Assembly (NCBI GenBank): GCA_039680575.1
Contig: JBDKSP010000077.1
Span: 10,375 to 74,374, forward strand
Length of the DNA stretch: 64,000 nt
DNA from: Armatimonadota bacterium
GTDB taxonomy: Bacteria > Armatimonadota > UBA5829 > DTLH01
Reading direction: 5' to 3'
The notes beneath the pieces were generated by a model, which was not told the DNA's origin, searched no databases, and worked only from the letters and a program-made list of their open reading frames with translations. Shown here piece by piece: positions 29,610 through 38,500 of this stretch (within the stretch, counting starts at the first letter, position 1; each line of letters starts with the position of its first letter). The translations under genes and the position numbers were made by a program.

Positions 29610-30185
29610 CTAGTTCTCGGAGTGGTCCCCGACGCGTTCGCGGTACGCAGTCATGAAGCCGTCGCGGAGCTTGTCCTCAAGGCTCATCTTCCTGTCGTCC
29701 ACGTCCGCAGGCCGTACACCAGCCGCAGTCCTCATGGGCGGCGCAGAAGACGCGGACGCGTTCGGCTTCTCTGCTGATCCCTTGTCCTCAGACTTTTCGG
29801 AGCAGCCGCATCCGGACTTCGTCTGGATGGCCCGCTCATACGCGGCTTCCGTCGCGGCGAAGGCATCGTCGGAAAGCTCCGCGAGTCTCCCAAGCTCCTT
29901 CTCCCGCTCATCGTCGGACGCAAACGGCATGCCGGACTTCTCGAGCTTTACGATGAGCTTGCCTGCGCGGGTCTTGTTGGCAGCAGCCTTGCTTTCCGCT
30001 TGGAGGTCCTGGACCTGCTTCTGGAGGTCGAGAACCTGCTGTTTCAGGTCCTTGTTCTCCGCCTCAAGCTCCCTTATGCGGGCCTTGTCGTCTACTGGGG
30101 GTGCGCCGCCTCCACCTGGTGGTGCGGCTTTCTTGGCAGCATCCTCGTGCTGCTCATCAGTCTTCTCTTTCTCTTTATCTTCCAA
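29610..30185 (-). CDS. Nested in-frame scaffolding protein (191 aa)
   Basis: AGGAGG-N7-TTG in frame at the protease/coiled-coil junction. Confidence 0.65.
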   Translation of the reverse strand: MEDKEKEKTDEQHEDAAKKAAPPGGGGAPPVDDKARIRELEAENKDLKQQVLDLQKQVQDLQAESKAAANKTRAGKLIVKLEKSGMPFASDDEREKELGRLAELSDDAFAATEAAYERAIQTKSGCGCSEKSEDKGSAEKPNASASSAPPMRTAAGVRPADVDDRKMSLEDKLRDGFMTAYRERVGDHSEN

Positions 30186-33149
30186 TGAGTCGCCTCCTGA
30201 AGGTGATTGATCGGTCTGCCTCTCTGAGGCGACCTGAGTGATACGTGCGTTTTCGTCCGCCCCTTTTCGGTCGAGGAGTCCGAGGCCGGTGAACGTGACT
30301 CCGTGCAGGATCTCAAAGACCGGCTTCCCTTGATACTCCGCGCCTTTGAACTTCCGAAGGTGTACGCAGTAGTCGTTCTTGTTTGAGACGGTCTTCCCGC
30401 AGATGGAGCACTCACCGGCCTCGTAGTCGCACTCCATGGAAACCTGGGCGATGATGCCGCGTTTCATGAGCTTGTAGGCGAGCGCGGCTGTAGGGGAGTC
30501 GGCCGTATATAGCTCGCCTGCGCACTCGACGCGTCCACCGGTCTCGTCCTCCACGAACTCGGAGGAGACGATCCCGCCTACGATGTCCGTGAGGTCCTGG
30601 GAGTGCTTGAGGTCAATCTTCTTGTTGATAGCCGTCGTGTAGCGGGCCGCAAGTTCGTCGGGAGTGAAATGGTCCCCGTTCCTGTTGGTCCCGGCCCGGC
30701 ACATGATGAACGCAAACTGCGGATCTGCGGCGTTCTGGTTAAGATCAATAGCCGACGCCGAAAGCGCACTGCCCGAGAGAGCAACATCCACCGGAATGGA
30801 TGTATGGCAGTTGGCGGCAAGCGAAGCCGCAGCCGATTTGGGAGCCGACCTTCCGCCGGATGCTATGAAGAGCAACTCGCGGGCGTTCTTTCCGCCGCCT
30901 CCGTCACCGGAGACGATGTTATACTCGATGTCCATTCCCTTGATCCGCACCTGCCCGAAGCGATCCGCGAAGATATCGTGGATCTCCTTCTCCGTCGGGT
31001 ACGCTCTGTCACGGTAGGACATGATGACGGTCTTGTACTTGCCGTGCGACTCGGAGGCGAGGCTGTCGATAAGGGAGTGCATACTTTCCTTGTCGTAAGC
31101 AGTTCTCGACTTGTAGCTTCGCCTGCCGTCATCGAGGAGTTCCTTATCCGCCCAGCAGTTCATAAGCCCCTCGATGAAGTGCATCGCGCCTTCATAGTCG
31201 TTGCTGTTGAACTCCGTTACGTACGGAGGGTCGAGATACAGCACGTCCGCGCCGAACTTTCTAACCGCTTCAACAGCGTCACCCCGATAGGCCTTGCACT
31301 CCACACCACTGTCGAACACGAGCCTGTTCAGCTGGCTTGCGTAACGCTTGAAGCTCTCGACCATCCTGGAGACGGGCACGTTCTTAAGCTGGCTTTCCTG
31401 GAGACCCGCCATAGCGTCAAGGTCTGCTCTCGTGTTGCGCTTCGAGCGGTGGAACTGCCCGAATGCGCTTTTGGCCTTCACCGTGTTGCCGAGAGCCGCC
31501 AGGGCGAGGTCCTTCTTGTAGCCGGAGAGCTTCTGGATGTTCGCCCAGACCTGGTCCAGCCAGAAGAGGACCTTCTTCGTGTAGTAGTAGCCGTAGAAGT
31601 TGTCGACGATGAAGGTACCGGCATCCGGATTTGGAGCCAGTATCCGCTCAATATCTTCATCCGAGAGCGTCTCATGCGAGTTCTCCACGACAGCTCGGGC
31701 AACGTGGTATGGAAAGAGCAGAAGGTCGTTCGCAATGACCTTCATGCCCCTGCGCTTCATGTGGTAAGCCACGTTCGCCCCGCCGGAGAATGCATCGAGG
31801 AACGTCTTCGCGTCCTTCGGCACTTGCCGCTCGATCCAGCCGAGCATCATATACTTGTTGCCCATGAACCCCGTGACCCGGACCGGGTCCATCCCAGCCT
31901 GGCATGAGAGTAGATCGAGGTCATCACCATACGGCGCATCAGCGAGTGCAGCCATGTTCTCTTCTATGCGCGCAGTGACCTCGGGTGAACAGTCGTCTTC
32001 ATCATCGGCCTGCGCCGATCGTCCGGATTTCGTGCAAACGAAAAGCCGCTCCATGGCGACTGAGTTCTCGGAATGCTTAGATGAGATATGGTACTTGTGC
32101 TCCATCGACTGCATCCGGCTCTCTTTGCCGTTTGCAGAGATGATGTCTTTCATCTCCGACTCGTTCGGGTAGGCGTGGTCGCGGTAGGAGATGAGCCAGT
32201 TCGGGATGTGCTTGGCGCTTGTGAGAAACGTCGTGAAGAACTCACCGGCATTTGCCTTGGTGACCGTCTTATGGTCCGTCTCGTAGTGATGGGTCTTTGA
32301 GTCCGAGACGATCTTCAGGCCGTCCCAATAGGTCATCAGACCCTCGACGAAATGATAGCTCTTCTCGTAGTTCGTCGTCGAAAACTCGGTCGCGTAAGGC
32401 GGGTCGAAGTAGGCGAGGTCCACTTTTGCCGCCGGAAGCGCCTCGTTGATGTCTTTGTTCTCTGCCTTGCACTCCTTACCGGAGTCAAAGATGAGCGCGT
32501 TGATGCGGGCGATATTGTCCGCAAACCGCTCCTTGAACTCCTCGGGCGTGTCCTGGCGCTTCCCGTAGTCTGTGGATGAGGAAAAGTGGCCGAAGCCGCC
32601 CTTGCCGGACATGCAGGTCTTCCCGAGAGCGAAGAGAGCGATGTCCTTCTTGTACCCCTCGAGGTTATCAGCGTTTGCCCTAATCTGATCGATGACGCCG
32701 TGCACTCCCTTGGCGAAGAAAATCCCTTTGAAGTTGTCACGGACAAAGGTCCCAGCCTTTGGATTATCCGCAAGGAGTGCCGAGAGTTCATCTTCAGATA
32801 TCCGGACATTCTTGTTCTCTACGATGGCCCGGGCAGCGTGGTAGCTGTAGCGAAGCCTATCGTTGGCGATGACCGAGAGACCCTTGGTCTTGTACATATA
32901 GGCGACGACCCCGGAGCCTGAGAATGCATCGATAACCGAATCCACTCCCTCAGGAGTGTGCTTCCAGATCCAGTCGATTAGCTTCTGCTTACTTCCGATA
33001 TAGTTGGTTATGTATTTCGGACGCTTGTCTTCCGGCAGCTCCTCCGTGACAAGCTCTGCGCCCTCGGCAACAAGCTCGTCGAGGCGGCGGGACGCGTCTG
33101 TCTCAAGAAGAAATGCCAGCCGGTCGCGGTCCGTGACAAATAGCTGCAT
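29610..33149 (-). CDS. Fusion: two D12-class adenine DNA methyltransferases + prohead protease + scaffold
   Basis: NYIGSK/DAFSGSG/DPPY and FMGNK/DAFSGGA/DPPY; then GTNRNGDHF, DLKH, VSMEC, CSICG...YCVHL; coiled-coil tail; sits in the protease slot before decoration and MCP. Confidence 0.88.
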   Translation of the reverse strand: MQLFVTDRDRLAFLLETDASRRLDELVAEGAELVTEELPEDKRPKYITNYIGSKQKLIDWIWKHTPEGVDSVIDAFSGSGVVAYMYKTKGLSVIANDRLRYSYHAARAIVENKNVRISEDELSALLADNPKAGTFVRDNFKGIFFAKGVHGVIDQIRANADNLEGYKKDIALFALGKTCMSGKGGFGHFSSSTDYGKRQDTPEEFKERFADNIARINALIFDSGKECKAENKDINEALPAAKVDLAYFDPPYATEFSTTNYEKSYHFVEGLMTYWDGLKIVSDSKTHHYETDHKTVTKANAGEFFTTFLTSAKHIPNWLISYRDHAYPNESEMKDIISANGKESRMQSMEHKYHISSKHSENSVAMERLFVCTKSGRSAQADDEDDCSPEVTARIEENMAALADAPYGDDLDLLSCQAGMDPVRVTGFMGNKYMMLGWIERQVPKDAKTFLDAFSGGANVAYHMKRRGMKVIANDLLLFPYHVARAVVENSHETLSDEDIERILAPNPDAGTFIVDNFYGYYYTKKVLFWLDQVWANIQKLSGYKKDLALAALGNTVKAKSAFGQFHRSKRNTRADLDAMAGLQESQLKNVPVSRMVESFKRYASQLNRLVFDSGVECKAYRGDAVEAVRKFGADVLYLDPPYVTEFNSNDYEGAMHFIEGLMNCWADKELLDDGRRSYKSRTAYDKESMHSLIDSLASESHGKYKTVIMSYRDRAYPTEKEIHDIFADRFGQVRIKGMDIEYNIVSGDGGGGKNARELLFIASGGRSAPKSAAASLAANCHTSIPVDVALSGSALSASAIDLNQNAADPQFAFIMCRAGTNRNGDHFTPDELAARYTTAINKKIDLKHSQDLTDIVGGIVSSEFVEDETGGRVECAGELYTADSPTAALAYKLMKRGIIAQVSMECDYEAGECSICGKTVSNKNDYCVHLRKFKGAEYQGKPVFEILHGVTFTGLGLLDRKGADENARITQVASERQTDQSPSGGDSLEDKEKEKTDEQHEDAAKKAAPPGGGGAPPVDDKARIRELEAENKDLKQQVLDLQKQVQDLQAESKAAANKTRAGKLIVKLEKSGMPFASDDEREKELGRLAELSDDAFAATEAAYERAIQTKSGCGCSEKSEDKGSAEKPNASASSAPPMRTAAGVRPADVDDRKMSLEDKLRDGFMTAYRERVGDHSEN

Positions 33150-33192
33150 GAATCACTCCGACACTGGTGAGGCCCACTATATGGCCTTCTAC

Positions 33193-33226
33193 TTGATATG
33201 TACTTCTGGAAACCAGGAAGTGTCGG
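33193..33226 (-). promoter_or_regulatory. Putative phage late promoter (class A), copy 2
   Basis: CCGACA-N17-GTACATATCAA just upstream of the MTase-protease gene. Confidence 0.75.
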
Positions 33227-33641
33227 AGGATACCAGACGTGGTCTTTGATCGGAGTTGGGAGGAGCATCCCAGCCCCTAGAGGGGTCTGGTTCAACCTCC
33301 ACTATACGCAAAGTTGCTCGACATGCAGTCAGGCGTGGTCTGCCCAAGGACTACCGGATGGCACAACCATTCGTGGGAATGGACACTTCTTGGGAGTTTA
33401 CGCGAATGAAAGCTGCGGGCATCGAAACCCAGAAGAAACAGGCAGGCTGGCCCCATTTGTATCTTCCGGCATGGATAGAAATACCCGCAGATGTCAACAA
33501 ATGTGGGTGATGCTATCATGCGAACAGTGATGCGGCGTGAAGTGGCGGTCGAGTGCCGGATAAGTGCGCGATTGAACGCTTACCACAAGAGCCTGCCCCA
33601 TTGTCCTGACCGCTCCACGCATTCCCACAGTACGCTGTATA

Positions 33642-34724
33642 ATGGCACTGATGGAACGAACACGCATTTACCCAATCTTGCAGGCTGTTCTGGCCGCGGT
33701 TCTGTTTGGCGCAAGCACTCCATTTGCGAAGCTGCTTCTGGGCAGTGTGCATCCACTGGCGTTGGCGGGCTTGCTGTATCTTGGAAGTGGCATCGGCTCG
33801 GCACTACTCATGCTGGCGCGACGCTTGATGCGCCAGAGGGATCAGGCAGAAGCACCTCTGACACGGAGTGACCTACCGTGGCTTTTTGGAGCCGTCGCCG
33901 CAGGAGGAGTGGCTGCACCTATCACACTGATGCTGAGCCTGAAGGTAACAGCTGCCGCGACTGCATCTCTGTTGCTCAACTTCGAGGGGGTGGCGACAGT
34001 CCTCATAGCTGTCTGGTTTCTCCGAGAAGCCGTCGGACGACGTGTCTGGGCGGCCGCAGCGTGCGTCACTGTCGCAGGTGCATTGCTCTCTGTCGATCTC
34101 TCAGGCAGATGGGGTATCTCGCCTGGAGCCATCGGGGTAGTAGTAGCCTGCATCTTCTGGGGAATAGACAACAACCTGACGCGCAATATCTCCGCGAAAG
34201 ACCCTCTCCAGATAGTGGCAGCTAAGGGATTGTCTGCGGGGCTGTTTTCGCTCTCGCTGGCGACAGTGATCGGACAGCGACTTCCCACTCTCGGAAGTGC
34301 GGTGACGGCCATGCTCCTTGGCTTTGTGAGCTATGGAGCCAGCATTATGCTCTTTGTTCTTGCCTTGCGCGGCCTGGGGGCGGCGAGGACGAGTTCGTAT
34401 TTCGGAGCGGCTCCGTTCATAGGTGCCATGCTGTCTTTCGTTCTGTTCAGAATGCTGCCGAATGCTTTCTTTGCCCTGTCGATCCCGTTCATGGTGGTCG
34501 GAGTTGCCCTGCTTCTCACTGAGGAACACGCACACGCACACCAACACCTCGCCATAGAGCATGAGCACCGTCATCGACACGATGGGCTGCACCACGCACA
34601 TTCGCACGAAGAAGAGGTGAGGGCAGAGGAGATCCATTCGCACCGACATCGACACGAAGGGAATCGACATTCACATCCTCACGCGCCGGACATTCATCAT
34701 CGCCATGAGCACGAATCGCCGTAG
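33642..34724 (+). CDS. EamA/DMT-family transporter with His-rich C-terminal tail (probable metal-related)
   Basis: About 10 TM helices, WGIDNNLTR motif, >20 His in the last ~65 aa. Confidence 0.9.
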   Translation: MALMERTRIYPILQAVLAAVLFGASTPFAKLLLGSVHPLALAGLLYLGSGIGSALLMLARRLMRQRDQAEAPLTRSDLPWLFGAVAAGGVAAPITLMLSLKVTAAATASLLLNFEGVATVLIAVWFLREAVGRRVWAAAACVTVAGALLSVDLSGRWGISPGAIGVVVACIFWGIDNNLTRNISAKDPLQIVAAKGLSAGLFSLSLATVIGQRLPTLGSAVTAMLLGFVSYGASIMLFVLALRGLGAARTSSYFGAAPFIGAMLSFVLFRMLPNAFFALSIPFMVVGVALLLTEEHAHAHQHLAIEHEHRHRHDGLHHAHSHEEEVRAEEIHSHRHRHEGNRHSHPHAPDIHHRHEHESP

Positions 34725-34769
34725 CGTTAGCCAGGCCGCTTACCGCCTGCCAGATGGGCATGTGTCGGT

Positions 34770-35105
34770 TCATTGACGCCCAAGGCCAGCAAGCACTCTC
34801 GTCGCGCACTCTTCCGCCGTGACAAACTCCTCAGTTTCTGAAATCTCCCCGCACATCCCGCGATACGGCGACATCGCCGCCCGGTGATACTCCGGGAAGT
34901 CCTCCGGCAGACTCTTGACGCCGTTCTCCACCAGCCGGTTGATGACCCAGTCTGCTTCTTCCTGAGCGTCATCATTCCCCGGCAGATACTCCATCAGGAT
35001 ATCGAGCCCCGGCCCGGGCCCCTGCACCCAGACGCCGATTGGCTCATAGTGCGGGCTGGTGTCTCGATCCCGAAGAGCATATTCAACCATATATCTCAGC
35101 TTCAT
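34770..35105 (-). CDS. Hypothetical protein, candidate immunity protein 2
   Basis: ATG 35105 overlaps the TGA of the upstream gene (ATGA); acidic, 111 aa. Confidence 0.65.
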   Translation of the reverse strand: MKLRYMVEYALRDRDTSPHYEPIGVWVQGPGPGLDILMEYLPGNDDAQEEADWVINRLVENGVKSLPEDFPEYHRAAMSPYRGMCGEISETEEFVTAEECATRVLAGLGRQ

Positions 35106-35578
35106 TCCCACGTCTCCGCTATCCGCACGTGCTCCTCCATAAGCTCTAGGTCTATCTCCTCGAACATCTGCTGGTTCGCTGCCTTGTAGCTCTGCCAAGT
35201 CCTCCAATCCAACACCATGTCGTGCTCTGAAACATCCATGATGAGTTCGATGTGGAACCTGCGGCCCCGGTCATCAGTCAGATCGAGGAGGTAGGTATCA
35301 TCCCGGCTCCAAGCGACGACCTTTATCGTGTGGGAATACTGCCAGCCGTTGTGGTAGCCCGCGGACTTGAAGAGGAGCCAGAAGTCGATCTTGGTCACGT
35401 TGCCCGAACTATCGAAATGTGGCGAAACTCGTGTAACGATGTAGCTGTCGATTAGGCCAAACTCAAGCGGTTCGTCTCTACCTTCCCGCATATCCATCCA
35501 GGAGCCGTCCCTGTTGAACGCATCAAAGAGCGACTGTAGCTTTGCTTTTTCCTCTGCTATGAAGTCTTTCATCATCAC
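35102..35578 (-). CDS. Hypothetical protein, candidate immunity protein 1
   Basis: Start overlaps the MuF stop; acidic, 158 aa. Confidence 0.7.
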   Translation of the reverse strand: MMMKDFIAEEKAKLQSLFDAFNRDGSWMDMREGRDEPLEFGLIDSYIVTRVSPHFDSSGNVTKIDFWLLFKSAGYHNGWQYSHTIKVVAWSRDDTYLLDLTDDRGRRFHIELIMDVSEHDMVLDWRTWQSYKAANQQMFEEIDLELMEEHVRIAETWE

Positions 35579-38500
35579 CTCGTAAGGACTACTTCCTCAA
35601 CCTTGCGTCCATCCGGCAGCACCGATACCCCGTGCTTTCTGAACACGTCGAGGACGCTTCTTCTCTCACTCTCGCTCCCGACAACGATGTGCTCCACGTT
35701 ATCGAGGAGAGTCACTGAGTACTTGAGGATGGTCTCGTTGCTCGAGTTGCGGGAGAAGTCCTTCCAGGACCTGGGATCGGAACCACGGTGCTGGACCACA
35801 TAGTCGTCCTTCACCTTGCCGAAAGCATCGTGGTCGTAGCTTATCGCGTCCATTCGCCTAAGGAGCCGCTTCTTGAAGTAGATGCCTGTGTTTCTGTCTC
35901 CGCCAGAGACGGGCGACTTCCTGATCCTGGTGAAGACATAGGTCGCGCCGCCGCTATTCATATCCTCCTCCGGCGACATCCCTCCAGGAGCCACACCAGA
36001 CCGCAGTTTCTCAACCGTGCTTATCATCGCGCCGTTGTTCTCTAACGCCGTATCGATGAAGGAACTCATGGAGTTGCCGTTGGTAAGACTATGGTATAGG
36101 GTGTAGCCTTTCATCTCCTTCTCAAGGTCCGCGTCGGAGAGATCGAAACGATACTGGTGCCGGTAGCCGCCGGCGAGCGACTTGTCCTTGAACCCGAGCT
36201 GATACTCACCTACGGGGTCATAACCAGACATCCGTGTGATGTCGGACACACCAAGCCGCTTCTCCCAGTACGACCGCATCGCCTGGACCCGCTCGGGCTT
36301 ACTCGCTCCCCGCTGGTCGAGCCCTGAGAGCATCTGGGCGTAATCATTCTCACGGTCGGCTTTGCTTAGATACGCCTGTTTCGTCAGATACATCAGCTCT
36401 GCATCCTCGGAGGTGGCGACGTTCGCTTTCAGCCCGAGCTTCTCCACGTGCTGAAGCGCCCGGTCCAGGCTCTTCGGATCGGGGCGCTCCGGGACGACCA
36501 GCTCAAACTCGCCCTGCTGGGCGTAGTGGTTCTTGTCAGACCAGGGACGATACACCGCCCGGACACCGTCACCGAAGTCTATCTCATACTGCTCGCCTGC
36601 CTTCATCGTGCGGCCCCGGAAAAAGGATGTGTTGTTGGCGTCCTCCCGTTCGACCGACAACTCGCCTTTCTTCAGGGCGCGCTTGGTCAAAAGCACCTTG
36701 CTCTTGCGGACCGTGAAGTCGACCTTCGCCTCCTTCTTCTTCGGAGAAGCGTGCTTCTTCAGATACGCCGAGAACATCTCGGGGATCGGCTTTCTCTCCT
36801 TTGCAGCCTGCTTAACCTGCTCTATCCAGCCGATGTAACTCTCTGCCATCTCGCGCACGTCCGGGTCCGCCGACTTCGCAAGCTCTCGAAGAGCGTCCAA
36901 GTGCTTTGCGGCTCTATCGATGGTGGACTGGTTGTAAGCACCGTCTCCTGCGTGGTGGTTGATGGTCTTCACCGCACCGAGGATATCGTCCGAGAAGGAA
37001 TCCTCGGGAAGCGTCTGCCCGACCTTCGTTGCCGTCACCTGCCGATCCGCTTTCCTAAGCTGCGGCAGGATCTTCGACTCTGCTTCGGGTCGGACTTTCA
37101 TCTTGATCACGGTCCGGGTCTGCCCGTTCAGAGTTTCCGTGAAGATGAGCGCGTTCTGGTCCTCGATATCGCTCTCGTCAATCGGGAGAGCCTTCCCTTG
37201 CCATCCCAGCACCCGTGCCTCCTCGATAATCTGCTCCTCTGCCTTCCCAATCCGGTCCACTGCTTGCGGTTCGACTGCATCCTCAAATCGGAAGCCAGGC
37301 TTCTTCAGGATGTCCGCATAGAAGCCCTCGAAGTTGCTTCTCAGGCTGTGCTTCCTTGCGATGGCCAGATCATAGAAGGCCTTCTGCTGTGCCGCATTTC
37401 CCTTGAACCTGCCCTCCACATAAGGTCTAAGTAGCGAGAGGTAATCATCGTCAGATATCCGCTCGACCTCCCGGATGTAACGCAGCGTCACCGAGGGATC
37501 GACCTTTACCTTACCCTGCTTTGCCGCACGGAAGAGGGTGTTGTAGAACGGCTCACTCTCTCCGCAGGCGGCATTCGGGTGGTAGTCTATCGAGAGCTTG
37601 TCTGACCCTAAAAACTTGAAAAGCTGTCCCTTGTCGATGCCATAAACGTGGCCGTCTTTCCCTCTGATGAACTGCTTTGAGTGTCCATCGTGGTTTGAGA
37701 TGAGCCAGTCGATGACATGCTCCCTCTGGACCTGGGTGATCTCATCCGCTGAAAGCTCCGCGATATCGAAGCTGGAGAAGTCATACTTCGAGGCAAGGTC
37801 GGTGCGCCATTTCTGGATGGAGCCTGTGCGGCTGTTCAGGCTGATGACTCTGACCTCAATAGCGTCAGGGTCAATGAGCCTGCCGATTTTGTATGCCGCC
37901 TCTTCACCTTGGGCGATGAAGTCATCACTGGTCTTTCCGAGCGGCTTGAACATCCACTTCTCGCCGGCCTCATCGATCCAGAACTCTTTCTCATGCGCGC
38001 CGCCGACACTTGCCTTGCCGTCAAACTTGAACTGCTCAGGCTTACCGGTGGCTCCCCAGGCGACGTCCACTGACTCGAACTCCGAACCCTTCTTCGCAAA
38101 TGTGTTCGAAGAGGCGACCGTGACAGGTTGCTGGATGGGCTGTGCTGGCTGAGGCTTGGGTTTGGCGGGTGCTGCAGTCGGCGTCTTCGCCAGGTGCTTC
38201 TCGGCCCATTTCGCGTGCTTTGCCTCAATACCGTCTGTAGCTTTCGAGACCTTTGCCTGGTCGGTCTCCGTGAAGACAGCCACCAACTCATCCTTTGACG
38301 CCCACTGCCAGTGCTTGACCTTCGTCTCTTTCGCCAGCGACTTCAGGTCTCCGACTTTCATCGCCGATATCTGCTGCTGGAACGCGAGCTTCTTTAGCGC
38401 GACTTCTTTCGCGTGCGCCTCAAGGACAGATGCAGGAAGTCCGGAGCCCTTGGCTAGTTCCGTTTCAGCCGATTTCACCGAATCTAGGAAACCGGAGTAG

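Noticed and set aside
30603-31907. 434-aa plus-strand ORF, and many similar antisense ORFs across 20-47 kb and 55-64 kb
   Set aside because: Antisense shadows of GC-rich phage genes with clear function on the other strand
29610-33149. Type IIS restriction-modification system (FokI-like)
   Set aside because: No adjacent endonuclease; the MTases are fused to a head protein within the capsid operon
33230-33640. Short ORFs or a metal riboswitch upstream of the DMT gene
   Set aside because: No convincing RBS, protein motif or recognisable riboswitch consensus; an Rfam scan would be needed
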